A stretch of DNA of 32,667 nucleotides from Ylistrum balloti (GCF_031769215.1 NW_026782326.1:843432-876098), one strand, 5' to 3'. Shown: positions 1-11,632, counted from the first letter of the stretch. Notes: generated by a model from the letters alone, not told the origin. Made by a program: numbers and translations.

Positions 1-460
1 CTTTAAATATAATTAAGGGATTCCATCGAAGGTATTTTTCCATTTTTCTGACAGAAAAACAGTTACTTACTCTTTTCGAAGCTTAGGTTTCAGAATTACA
101 CTTACTGACAAAGATACGATTCTACCTGTGTTGTAGAAAAATATTTCTATATTTTGACTCGGCATGTAACTCAGGGTTGTTTTACGTCAAATAAATCATG
201 TGGTTAGTGTTATAAATCCAATGAAGGATTTATATATATATTCTATTACAATCTCCCCTGCCAGTACAGAAATACGATCAGAATCGTCCTGTGCGTGACG
301 GAAACGCTGGTAAACCTTTGATATATTGGAGAGACAGTTTAGTATTTTAGCGTCTAGTATATCTCTAGACGCACATTATTACAGGAATTTAGGTCTAGTG
401 ATTAGAATGGATGACCAGTCTACATTTCTTACTTGGAAAACGCCTGTACCTTTGTGTGAT

Positions 461-485
461 GTTTAGTTTAGTTCAGTTCAGTTCA
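461..485. repeat. Pentanucleotide micro-repeat (GTTYA)5
   Basis: Read directly: gtttagtttagttcagttcagttca. Confidence 0.6.
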
Positions 486-1603
486 AGATTATTCCGGGGT
501 CTTACAGCCCATAGGCTTGAAGCATTGTCGTGAATAAGCTGTATGTCATTCAGCCTTTTCTTGGAGACATTTTCACGTAGATATGTTATGACATTATAAA
601 CCAATGTTTTCTCTCTGTGAAAGGTATCTGAACAGCTGACCTAATAGCACTGAAAAAAATGGGATGACGAAAGATTCCCCGCGCTCGAGAAAAGACACTG
701 CTTATAAATTATGACTAGACAAAGTCAAATTTCAAAGAATGCATTAGATTTTCTTATTAGAATTCCAAAACTGATATTACTTTTTGATTTTTTTTTTCAG
801 TCTGTCTTGATACCTTTGTTTTTGACAATAATTTTCATCCATGTCCATGGTACTAAGTGACAGAGTGAAGAACATTGAGAGAAGACTAAGTAAACGCTAA
901 CAAAAAAGTGATTAAGAAGGGAGGGGTTAAAATTTATCAGACAATTTTTGGATGTTTGGTAGTTTTTTCTCTTTGTACGTTAGGACCTTAGGGACTTTCG
1001 TCCGTTCCATTATTCGCTCATAAAACAAAGACCGGTAAAATGAGAGTGGTTCATGATGTACCAGGTCTAAGGGTTTGTTTGATATAGGTAGTAATTTTAC
1101 TAAAACATAAAAAAAAACTTAACATCAAATAATTATAAATATTATTATATAAAAGCAAAGTTTTTATTTTCATCTTGAAACGACATGGACGAAACCCGTC
1201 GTTAAATCCTGATCGATCCGCGTATATAATGTCACGTTCCTAAAGGAGAACAAGGTAAACAACGGAACCACTAGACATAAAAAACAACACATGATCGTTA
1301 GTGAACTTGAGAAAATATCATCCAAAATAATAATGTTGTTTTGACGTCTTCAAACAAATAAAACGACATTCTTTACAAATATAAAACCTCTTTTATCAAG
1401 TTTGAAAATAACAAATCATTTACTTTTCATTTCGATACATAATACAGACCGGTAATGTGTGCTTTTGAAAGCATATGATGCAAATATAAACAATCTTCTA
1501 CTTTGCTAAACGGTCCATAATCTATCAATCTATATATGTTAGTTTTTATTCATTCAAAATTGTTTACTCTTTGTTTTGGTGTCTTGATTACAACACTCAC
1601 TTG

Positions 1604-1606
<3 letters not shown>

Positions 1607-1636
<30 letters not shown>

Positions 1637-1643
1637 AAAAAAA
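1607..1643. repeat. Homopolymer tract: C20 immediately followed by A17 (T17-G20 on the opposite strand)
   Basis: Direct count: C run 1607-1626, A run 1627-1643. The track ORF 1536-1823 translating it as PPPPPPQKKKKK is an artefact. Confidence 0.9.
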
Positions 1644-2121
1644 CGGGTATGTGACACCACACACGAACGAACCGATTTCCAACAATATTACACCACTGTA
1701 AACCTGTGTTGTAATTCTGTCGTATTGTTGTTATTCCTTGTCGTTGTTTACCTGTTGTTTTGTATTTACAATGCGTTTCGTGATACATTTTGCTACTCTG
1801 ATTACTTGTCTACAAGACTGTAGACAGCGTGTTGCTGATTAATTTTGCTGTTGTTTGTTACTGTGATTATTCATCTATCGCAGCAAATTTATTCAACAGT
1901 TGGTTTGTTTTCATATGCTCACGAATGTCTTCGTATGATTTTTCTGTATCTAGCTTAAATTTAACCAATCAATATTGTTCATGGGTATATTGTTAATTTT
2001 CGTATTTTAGACTATTCTATTGTTAGGATTTTACTGACAAAAGAATCTGGCAGCAGACATAGCCTAAGAAAGCCTTTTTCTTGTTATTACAAACAAATAT
2101 ACACTTCAGTCCCATGACAAA

Positions 2122-2199
2122 TGAATAGTGATGAATTTTAGTGGTAATACTATCCCTCTATGAATAGTGATGGATTTTAGTGGTATTGATATCACTCAA
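2122..2199. repeat. Two tandem copies of a 39-bp unit (tgaatagtgatgaattttagtggtaatactatccctcta / tgaatagtgatggattttagtggtattgatatcactcaa)
   Basis: Adjacent copies at 2122-2160 and 2161-2199 are about 80% identical. They are unrelated in sequence to Satellite 1 but share its 39-bp unit length. Confidence 0.7.
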
Positions 2200-2599
2200 T
2201 GGCTGGGATAAGTATCAGTCCGAAGGAAGGCATGGAAGGCAGCAAAGTAACTGTACCTAGCTCATAGCATCAATTCAGAAATTTGTTTAGAGGAATACGA
2301 TCGCTCAGGTCCTAGAGAGAAGTAAAAAGGAATCTTTGGTTAGTGATAAGAGGACAATGTAGAAGTTTATCAACTTTACCACAGGATGACCTATTGATTT
2401 AGAATTAAAGAAACTGTTTATCAACACAATTATATAACTGCATTAACTTTAAAAACAGAAGTGTGCCGGTGTTCGACATCTGCAACGAGTTGAAATAAGA
2501 CATCTTTTTGCTTGTGCACATGTATATCTAACACTTATATCTAATACATGACTTTGTCAACAAAATATATCAACAGTATGTTTAGCATAACGTCGTATG

Positions 2600-5500
2600 T
2601 GAATTAGAACATTTATCAACAAAATTAGAAGTTATTCAGTGCGTAGTTGACTGTGTTATCAACACAAGTACAACTTCAGAAGTTAGTTACTGTGTTATAA
2701 ACAGTACAACTTATAGTTGTACTGTTTATCAACACAACTAGAGTAATTGAAAGTACAACTTCAGTGCGTAGTTGACTGTTTATCAACACAAGTATAACTT
2801 CAGTGCGTAGTTGACTGTTTATCAACACAAGTATAACTTCAGTGCGTAGTTGACTGTTTATCAACACAAGTACAACTTCAGTGCGTAGTTGACTGTGTAT
2901 CAACACTAGTACAACTTCAGTGCGTAGTTGACTGTTTATCAACACAAGTACAACTTCAGTGCGTAGTTGACTGTTTATCAACACAAGTATAACTTCAGCG
3001 TAGTTGACTGTTTATCAACACAAGTACAACTTCAGTGCGTAGTTCACTGTTTATCAACACAAGTACAACTTCAGAGCGTAGTTGACTGTTTATCAACACA
3101 AGTACAAGTTCAGAGCGTAGTTGACTGTTTATCAACACAAGTACAAGTTCAGAGCGTAGTTGACTGTTTATCAACACAAGTACAACTTCAGTGCGTAGTT
3201 GACTGTTTATCAACACAAGTACAACTTCAGAACGTGGTTGACTGTTTATCAACACAAGTACAACTTCAGTGCGTAGTTCACTGTTTATCAACACAAGTAC
3301 AACTTCAGAGCGTAGTTGACTGTTTATCAACACAAGTACAAGTTCAGAGCGTAGTTGACTGTTTATCAACACAAGTACAACTTCAGTGCGTAGTTGACTG
3401 TTTATCAACACAAGTACAACTTGACTGTTTATCAACACAAGTACAACTTCAGTGCGTAGTTGACTGTTTATCAACACAAACAACTTCACAACTGTTTATC
3501 AACACAAGTACAACTTCAGTGCGTAGTTGACTGTTTGTATCAACACAAGTACAACTTGTGCGTAGTTGACTGTTTATCAACACAAGTACAACTTCAGTGC
3601 GTAGTTGACTGTTTATCAACACAAGTACAACTTCAGTGCGTAGTTGACTGTTTATCAACACAAGTACAACTTCAGAGCGTAGTTGACTGTTTATCAACAC
3701 AAGTACAACTTCATTGCGTAGTTGACTGTGTATCAACACAACTACAACTTCAGTGCGTAGTTAACTGTTTATCAACATTAGTACAACTTTAGTGCGTAGT
3801 TAACCGTTTATCAACACAAGTATATCTTCAGTGCATAGTTGACTGTGTATCAACACAAGTACAACTTCAGAGCGTAGTTGACTGTTTATCAACACAAGTA
3901 CAACTTCAGTGCGTAGTTGACTGTTTATCAACACAAGTACAACTTCAGTGCGTAGTTGACTGTTTATCAACACAAGTACAACTTCAGTGCGTAGTTGACT
4001 GTTTATCAACACAAGTACAACTTCAGTGCGTAGTTGACTGTTTATCAACACAAGTACAACTTCAGTGCGTAGTTGACTGTTTATCAACACAAGTACAACT
4101 TCAGTGCGTAGTTGACTGTTTATCAACACAAGTACAACTTCAGTGCGTAGTTGACTGTTTATCAACACAAGTACAACTTCAGTGCGTAGTTGACTGTTTA
4201 TCAACACAAGTACAACTTCAGTGCGTAGTTGACTGTTTATCAACACAAGTACAACTTCAGTGCGTAGTTGACTGTGTATCAACACAAGTACAACTTCAGA
4301 ACGTAGTTGACTGTTTATCAACACAAGTACAACTTCAGTGCGTAGTTCACTGTTTATCAACACGAGAACATGTACAATGCGTAGTTGACTGTTTATCAAC
4401 ACAAGTATAACTTCAGTGCGTAATTGACTGTTTATCAACACAAGTACAACTTCAGTGCGTAGTTGACTGTTTATCAACACAAGTACAACTTCAGTGCGTA
4501 GTTGACTGTTTATCAACACAAGTACAAGTGCGTAGTTCAGTGTTTATCATAACTTCAGTGCGTAGTTGACTGTTTATCAACACAAGTACAACTTCAGTGC
4601 GTAGTTGACTGTTTATCAACACAAGTACAACTTCAGTGCGTAGTTGACTGTTTATCAACACAAGTATAACTTCAGTGCGTAGTTGACTGTTTATCAACAC
4701 AAGTACAACTTCAGTGCGTAGTTGACTGTTTATCAACACAAGTACAACTTCAGTGCGTAGTTGACTGTTTATCAACACAAGTACAACTTCAGTGCGTAGT
4801 TGACTGTTTATCAACACAAGTACAACTTCAGTGCGTAGTTGACTGTTTATCAACTCAAGTACAACTTCAGTGCGTAGTTGACTGTGTATAAACACAAGTA
4901 CAACTTCAGTGCGTAGTTGACTGTTTATCAACACAGTTGACTGTTTATCAACACAAGTACAACTTCAGTGCGTAGTTGACTGTTTATCAACACAAGTACA
5001 ACTTCAGAGCGTAGTTGACTGTTTATCAACACAAGTACAACTTCATTGCGTAGTTGACTGTGTATCAACACAAGTACAACTTCAGTGCGTAGTTGACTGT
5101 TTATCAACACAAGTATAACTTCAGTGCGTAGTTGACTGTTTATCAACACGAGAACAAGTACAATGCGTAGTTGACTGTTTATCAACACAAGTATAACTTC
5201 AGTGCGTAGTTGACTGTGTATCAACACAAGTACAACTTCAGTGCGTAGTTGACTGTTTATCAACACAAGTACAACTTCAGAGCGTAGTTGACTGTTTATC
5301 AACACAAGTACAACTTCAGTGCGTAGTTGACTGTTTATCAACACAAGTACAACTTCAGTGCGTAGTTGACTGTTTATCAACACAAGTACAACTTCAGTGC
5401 GTAGTTGACTGTTTATCAACACAAGTACAACTTCAGTGCGTAGTTCACTGTTTATCAACACAAGTACAACTTCAGTGAGTAGTTGACTGTGTATCAACAC

Positions 5501-5630
5501 AAGTACAACTTCAGTGAGTAATTGACTGTGTATCAACACAAGTACAACTTCAGAGCGTAGTTGACTGTTTATCAACACAAGTACAACTTCAGTGCGTAGT
5601 TGACTGTGTATCAACACAAGTACAACTTCA
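2600..5630. repeat. Satellite 1: tandem array of a 39-bp unit, ~77 copies, consensus GTGCGTAGTTGACTGTTTATCAACACAAGTACAACTTCA. The 5' edge is degenerate from ~2360 and regular copies run from 2638 to a sharp 3' edge at 5630
   Basis: A period of 39 measured between successive GTGCGTAG occurrences (e.g. 2764 and 2803). Each unit has a short dyad GTTGA-CTGTTTA-TCAAC. Sub-variants (AGAGCG, ACAAGTTCAGAGCG, AGTTCACTG) recur with a 234-bp (6-unit) spacing, e.g. AGTTCACTG at 3041 and 3275. The marker CACGAGAACA(T/A)GTACAATGCG recurs at 4363 and 5149. Confidence 0.95.
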
Positions 5631-6220
5631 TATGTTTAACGGTTAGCGTTTCTTGTCAAATAACTTCATTGTAATATCATAACATGCTATGAAAGGACAC
5701 GGATCGAATCAATATTCAATCGAATCAAAGAATATACCAATTTGATTTTTTTCTTTCTGCTTGGCGCTCGTGAAAATATCAATATCCACTATCCGATTTA
5801 ATCGATATTCGATATTTTTCAAGACCCGAGAGTCGAAACTAACATTTCATTTACGTTAGGCAAGCGAGTAGAAACTGGTTTTTGCCTTTTAAAATGGAAT
5901 TCTTATATTTATTGGTTGTTAAAAACCTTCCGAAGAAACGTGTTATTCACAAACGAAAGACATCATTAATCATATCAAAATGATATTCATCATTTAAGTG
6001 TAAAGAAACGAAATGCGTTATTTATGTTAGTGTATCGAATCTTATTGTATACAATAGATTGTTTCAGATCATATGTAATGCGACGTCACATAAGCAATAT
6101 GTCTGTTTTTATTTGTAAGAAGATCAATGCCATTTTCTATAACAGTGTGAGGATATTGCCCAGATAGATCGATGCTTTACAGTAGGCTATGTTTTGACGC
6201 CCAAGCTGGTTCTAATAACT

Positions 6221-6655
6221 GTTCTTTGATCAATATTTTTTGAAATCCGTTTTCCTGTGTCTGATGTTTCTGTTCTTTTGAAATCCGTTTCCCTGTGTCT
6301 GTTGTTTCTGTTCTTTTGAAGTCAGTTTTCCTGTGTCTGATGGTTTTGTTCTTTTGAAATCCGTTTTCCTGTGTCTGATGTTTCTGTTCTTTTGAAATCC
6401 GTTTCCCTGTGTCTGATTTTTCTGTTCTTTTGAAATCCGTTTTCCTGTGTCTGATGTTTCTGTTCTTTTGAAGTCAGTTTTCCTGTGTCTGATGTTTCTG
6501 TTCTTTTGAAGTCCGTTTTCCTGTGTCAGATGGTTCTGTCCTTTTGAAGTCAATACCGTTTCCCTGTGTCTGATGTTTCTGTAGTTTTGAAGTCAATACC
6601 GTTTCCCTGTGTCTGATTTTTCTATTCTTTTGAAGTCCGTTTTCCCGTTCTTTTG
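6221..6655. repeat. Satellite 2: tandem array of a 38-bp unit, ~11 copies, consensus TTTTGAAATCCGTTTTCCTGTGTCTGATGTTTCTGTTC
   Basis: A period of 38 measured between TGAAATCCG at 6241 and 6279. Variants GAAATCCG, GAAGTCAG and GAAGTCCG alternate. Two units carry a 6-bp insertion (GAAGTCAATACCG at ~6547 and ~6589). Confidence 0.9.
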
Positions 6656-6659
6656 ATCG

Positions 6660-7321
6660 CTAATTTCCCTTTTCTTCGTTTTTTTTTTATGTCGTCTTGA
6701 CGTCCCTTTTTTTGTTTTTTTTTTTCTATCGATTTGATTTCCCGCTTCTTGGTTTTTCTCTGTCGTCTTGATGTCCCTTTTGTTCGCCTTTTTCTGTCGT
6801 CTTGATGTTCCGCTTGTTCATTTTTTTTCTGTCGTCTTAATGTCCCCAGTGTTCGCTTTTTTCTGTCGTCTTGATGTCCCTTTTGTTCGTTTTTTTTCTG
6901 TCGTCTTGACGTCCCTTTTGTTCGTTTTTTTCTGTCGTCTTGACGTCCCTTTTGTTCGGTTTTATTCTGTCGTCTTGATGTCCCATTTGTTCGCCATTCT
7001 CTGTCGTCTTGATGTTCCTTTTCGTTTTCTTTCTGTCATCTTGATGTCCCTTTTGTTCGTGTTTTTCTGTCGTCTTTATGTCCCTTTTGTTCGTTTTTTC
7101 TGTCGTCTTGATGTCCCTTTTCTTCGATTTTTTTTCTGTCGTCTTGATGTCTCTTTTGTTCGCTTTTTCTGTCATCTTGATGTCCCTTTTCTTCGCTTTT
7201 TTTCTGTCGTCTTGATGTCCCTTTTGTTCGCTTTTCGCTGTCGTCTTGATGTCCCGCTTTTTCGTTTATTCTCTGTCGTTTTGATGTCCCTTTTGTTCGT
7301 TTTATTTCTGTCGTCTTGATG
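6660..7321 (+). repeat. Satellite 3, block a (+ orientation): ~35-bp unit TCTGTCGTCTTGATGTCCCTTTTGTTCGCTTTTTT with variable poly-T, ~18 copies
   Basis: Periods of 34-35 measured between successive CTGTCGTC occurrences (6863, 6898, 6932). The array stops abruptly after ...CTTGATG at 7321. Confidence 0.9.
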
Positions 7322-7669
7322 CCAAACTTGTTCGGCACAATATCACAATGGCCGACGAGTAGTACGGTACGGTCAGAGCTCTGCATACTTTCGCTGTTTT
7401 TATGTGGTAAACTGGTGAGTTTGAAGTATTTACACACTCGATTGATTATATAACCATTATCAGAAGTTACTATGTGACTCTAGTCGACTTTGGTAGTGGT
7501 TAAACGTTGTTTACAAGATACCTATATCGAGGTAAAGAATATGCAATGGGGGTCAGAGGTGAGGAGATGGTACATAGAGATTGTGACGATGTCGGTAACG
7601 GTGATGACAATATCGATATGACAAATCGATCGGGATGTCTATCAACATCTCTGTGAACTAGTTGGTACT

Positions 7670-8162
7670 TTGGACAAGTTTGCATTTAAGCAAAAGCTGA
7701 GGTCAATATATGATAACAGTGTTGACAAGTTGATATATACCCGAGCGTCGTTATATGATATTGCAGTTAAGACAAAACCAGATACCCCACAAGGGACTCT
7801 CGTAAAAAGAACTAACTCTGGAAATTCGTCTGCAGTCGAAAAACTTTTGGAGGATGTGTACGTGTTATTTCATTATATTAGTGGAAGTGTCGAAAGTGGT
7901 GATATAAAAGCTGTATTGAGTTATAAAGATCGTGTGCAGTCAGTTTGTGACTCCCCAGCTCGAGTTTCAATGTATACAGTCCCACCGAGTGGGACAGGTG
8001 AGAGTAACTCTACTGGTGTTGACGCTCCATTGAGCAAGGACAATATAGAGAACCTATTCGTATTGTTAGTAGGAATGCGAAATGATATCATGGATCAAGT
8101 GGAATGCATTGCGTATCAAAACAGGTGTGAAATGAAGGAACTGAAGGACGAAATACGGAATC
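7670..8162 (+). other. Open frame of ~164 codons in the unique island, unknown function. The track start is a TTG and the first in-frame ATG is at ~7970. Downstream it runs into the satellite
   Basis: Stop-free frame from the ORF track. The predicted peptide (MDKFAFKQKLRS...MDQVECIAYQNRCEMKELKDEIRNLRS) has no motif I recognise. The C-terminal extension TEKNEQAGHQDDRKK is translated satellite. Coding status is very uncertain. Confidence 0.15.
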
Positions 8163-8169
8163 TGAGGAG

Positions 8170-11100
8170 TACGACAGAAAAAAATGAACAAGCGGGACAT
8201 CAAGACGACAGAAAAAAAATGAACAAGCGGGACATCAAGACGACACATAAAAAATGAACAACGGGGACATCAAGACGGCAGAATAAAACGAACAAGCTTC
8301 AAAACAAGATGACAGAAAAGAAAACGAACAAAAGAGACATCAAGACGACAGAAAAAAAGCGAACAAAAGGGATATCAAGACGACAGAATAAAACCGAACA
8401 AAAGGGACATCAAGACGACAGAAAAAAAATGAACAAGCGGGACATAAAGACGACAGAAAAAAACCGAACAAATGTAACATCAAGACGACAGAAAAAAACG
8501 AACAAGCGGGACATCAAGGCAAGATGACAAAAAGGAAAGCAAACAAAAGGGACATCAAGAAGGCAGAAAAAAAAACCAGAACAAAAGTAACATCAAGACG
8601 ACAGAGAAAAAGCGAATAAAATGGACAACAAGACGACAGAAACAAACGAACAAGCGGGACATCAAGACGACACGAAAAAACGAACCAACATGACATAAAA
8701 ATGAGAGAGAGAAACGAACAAGCGGGACATCGAGCCGACAGAAAAAAAAACAAACAAAGGAGACATCAAGACGACAAAAAAACACCGAACAAGCGGGACT
8801 TCAAGACGACAGAAAAAAAAATGAAAAAGCGGAACATCAAGACGACAAAAAAAAGCATAAAAATCAACAAGCGGGACATCAAGACGACAAAAAAAAGCAA
8901 AAACATGAACAAGCGGGACATAAAGACGGAAGAAAAAAACCGAACAAATGTAATATCAAGATGACAGAAAAAAACCGAACAAAAGGGACATCAAGATGAC
9001 ATTAAAGAAAACGAACAAACGGGACATCAAGACGCAGAAATAAAGCGAACAAAAGTAACATAAAGACGACAGAAAAAAATGCGAACAAAAGGGATATCAA
9101 GACGGCAGAAAAAAACGAATTACCGGGACATCAAGACGACAAAAAAAAATCAACCAGCGGGACATCAAGACGACAGAAAAAACACGAATTAAAGGTATAT
9201 CAGGATGACAGAAAAAAACGAACAAGCGGGACATCAAGACGACAGAAAAAAACCGAACAAAAGGGACATCAAGACGACAGAAAAAAAAGGAACAAAAGGG
9301 ATATCATGACGGCAGAAAAAAACGAACTAGCGGGACATCAAGACGACAAAATAATTGAACAAGAGGGACATCAACACGACAGAAAAAAAACAACTTGAAT
9401 AAAAAAAAAACAAAAGCAAAAGGGACATCAAAAAAAAAAACGAACAAAAGGGACATCAAGACGACAAAAAAAGCGAACAAAAGGGACGTCAAGAACACAG
9501 AAAAAAAACGAACAAAATGGACAACAAGACGACAGAAAAAAACGAACAAGGGAGACATCAAGACGACAGAATAATACGAACAAGCTTCAAAACAAGACGA
9601 CAGAAAAAAACGAACAAGCGGTACATAAAGACGACAGAAAAGAAACGAACAAAATGGACATCAAGACGACAAAAAAAATGAACAAGCGGGACATCAAGAC
9701 GACAGAAGAAAAACGAACAAACATGACATCAAGACGACAGAAAAAAACGAACAAAAACGAAATCAAGACGACAGAAAAAAACGAACAACCGGGACATCAA
9801 GACAAGAGAAAAAAAATGAACAAGCGGGAAAAAAAAGACGACAGAAAAAAACGAACAAGCGGGACATCAAGACGACAGAAAAAAACGAACAAGGGGGACA
9901 TCAAGACGACAGAAAAAAGCAAACAAAAGGGACATCAAGACGACAGAAAAAAGCGAACAAAAGGGACATCAAGACGACAGAAAAAAAACGAACAAAAGGG
10001 ACATCAAGACGACAGAAAAAAACGAACAAGCGGGACATCAAGACGACAGAAAAAAAATGAACAAGCGGGACATCAAGACGACAGAAAAAAAATGAACAAG
10101 CGGGACATAAAGACGACAGAAAAAAACGAACAAGCGGGACATCAAGACGACAGAAAAAAAGCGAACAAAAGGGACATCAAGACGACAGAAAAAAACGAAC
10201 AAGGGGGACATCAAGACGACAAGGGGGACATCAAGACGACAGAATAAAAGCGAAAAAAGACGTCAAAACAAGACGACAGAAAAAAACGAACAAAAGGGAC
10301 ATCAAGACGACAGAAAATAAAACGAACAAAAGGGACATCAAGAGGACAGAAAAAAACCGAAGAAATGGGACATCAAGACGGCAGAAAAAACAAACGAAAT
10401 GGACATCAAGAAGACAGAAAAAAGCGAACAAAAGGGACATCAAGACGACAGAAAAAAATGAACAAGCGGGACATCAAGACGACAGAAAAAAAAACGAACA
10501 AATGTAACATCAAGACGACAGAAAAAAACGAACAAGCGGGACATCAAGACGACAGAAAAAAAATGAACAAGCGGGACAAAAAGACGACAGAAAAAAAAAA
10601 TGAACAAATGGGACATCAAGACGACAGAATAAAACGAACAAAAGGGACATCAAGACGACAGAAAAAAAATGAACAAGCGGGACATCAAGACGACAGAAAA
10701 AATAGAACAAGCGGGAAATCAAGACGACAGAAAAAAGCGAACAAAAGGGACACCAAGACGACAGAATAAAACAGAACAAAAGGGACATCAAGACGGCGGG
10801 ACATCAAGATGACAAAAAAAAATCAACAAGCGGGACATCAAGACGACAGAAAAAACAGCGAACAAAAGGGATATCAAGACGACAGAAAAAAACGAACTAG
10901 CGGGACATCAAGACGACAGAAAAAAAATGAACAAGCGGGACATCAAGACGACAGAAGAAAAACGAACAAACATGACATCAAGACGACAGAAAAAAAACGA
11001 ACAAAAGTAACATCAAGACAACAGAAAAAAGAGAACAAGCGGCAGAAAAAACAAACGAAATGGACATCAAGAAGACAGAAAAAAGCGAACAAAAGGGACA

Positions 11101-11606
11101 TCAAGACGACAGAATAAAACAGAACAAAAGGGACATCAAGACGACAGAAAAAAACGAACAAGGGACATCAAGATGACAGAAAATAAAATGAACAAAAGGG
11201 ACATCAAGACGACAGAAAATAAAACGAACAAACATGACATCAAGATAACAGAATAAAGAGAAAAAAAGAACATCAAAACAACATAAAAAAACGAACAAAA
11301 GAGACATTAAAACGATAGAAAAAAAAACGTACATCAAGACGACAGAAAAAATACCGAACAAGCGTGACATCAAGATAACAGAATAAAGAGAAAAAAAGAA
11401 CATAAAAAAAAACAGAAAAAAACGAACAAAAGGGACATTAAAACGATAGCAAAAAAAAAACGAACAAAACGGACACCTAGATAACAGTAGAAAGAGAAAA
11501 AAAGGGACATCAAGACGACAGAAAAAATACCGAACAAAAGTAACATCAAGACGACAGAAAAAAACGAACAAGCGTGACATCAAGACGGCAGGAAAAAAGA
11601 ACCAAC
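8170..11606 (-). repeat. Satellite 3, block b (inverted orientation; the + strand reads GACAGAAAAAAACGAACAAAAGGGACATCAAGACGACA), ~95 copies. The last ~400 bp next to the LINE are markedly more diverged
   Basis: The unit is the exact reverse complement of the block a/c unit (CGAACAAAAGGGACATCAAGACGACA = revcomp of TGTCGTCTTGATGTCCCTTTTGTTCG). It carries the same variant types as block c, e.g. revcomp V2' units GAATAAAACGAACAAGCTTCAAAACAAGATGACAG at ~8285 and ~9578. Confidence 0.9.
11226..11465. repeat. Two-copy ~110-130-bp segmental duplication within the diverged edge of Satellite 3 block b
   Basis: ...CATGACATCAAGATAACAGAATAAAGAGAAAAAAAGAACAT...GACATTAAAACGATAG... occurs at ~11226-11335 and again at ~11358-11465. 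Confidence 0.5.
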
Positions 11607-11608
11607 TT

Positions 11609-11632
11609 GACAGACAGACAGACAGACAGACA
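11609..11632 (-). repeat. (GACA)6 on the + strand, i.e. (TGTC)6 on the minus strand. Probably the 3' terminal microsatellite tail of the adjacent LINE
   Basis: Read directly. It sits exactly between the LINE 3' UTR and the satellite. Confidence 0.85.

Noticed and set aside
1478-1485. Octamer-like ATGCAAAT, and TATA-like TATATAA at ~1224-1232, in the 5' unique region
   Set aside because: These are short motifs expected by chance in AT-rich DNA, and no downstream gene or exon is apparent.
1536-1823. Plus-strand ORF of 95 aa containing PPPPPPQKKKKK
   Set aside because: It is produced by reading through the C20-A17 homopolymer tract. The remainder is low-complexity with no supporting features.
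2676-5617. Long ORFs on both strands across Satellite 1 (up to 239 aa, e.g. 3800-4519 minus: MLINSQLRTEVVLVLINSQ...)
   Set aside because: These are pure periodicity artefacts. The 39-bp unit is 13 codons and happens to lack stops in some frames. The peptides are perfect 13-aa tandem repeats with alternative or non-ATG starts. They have no independent coding signal.
7036-7685. Minus-strand ORFs 7036-7437 (133 aa) and 7500-7685 (61 aa)
   Set aside because: The first is mostly translated satellite (GHQDDRK repeats) spilling into unique sequence. The second is a short chance ORF.
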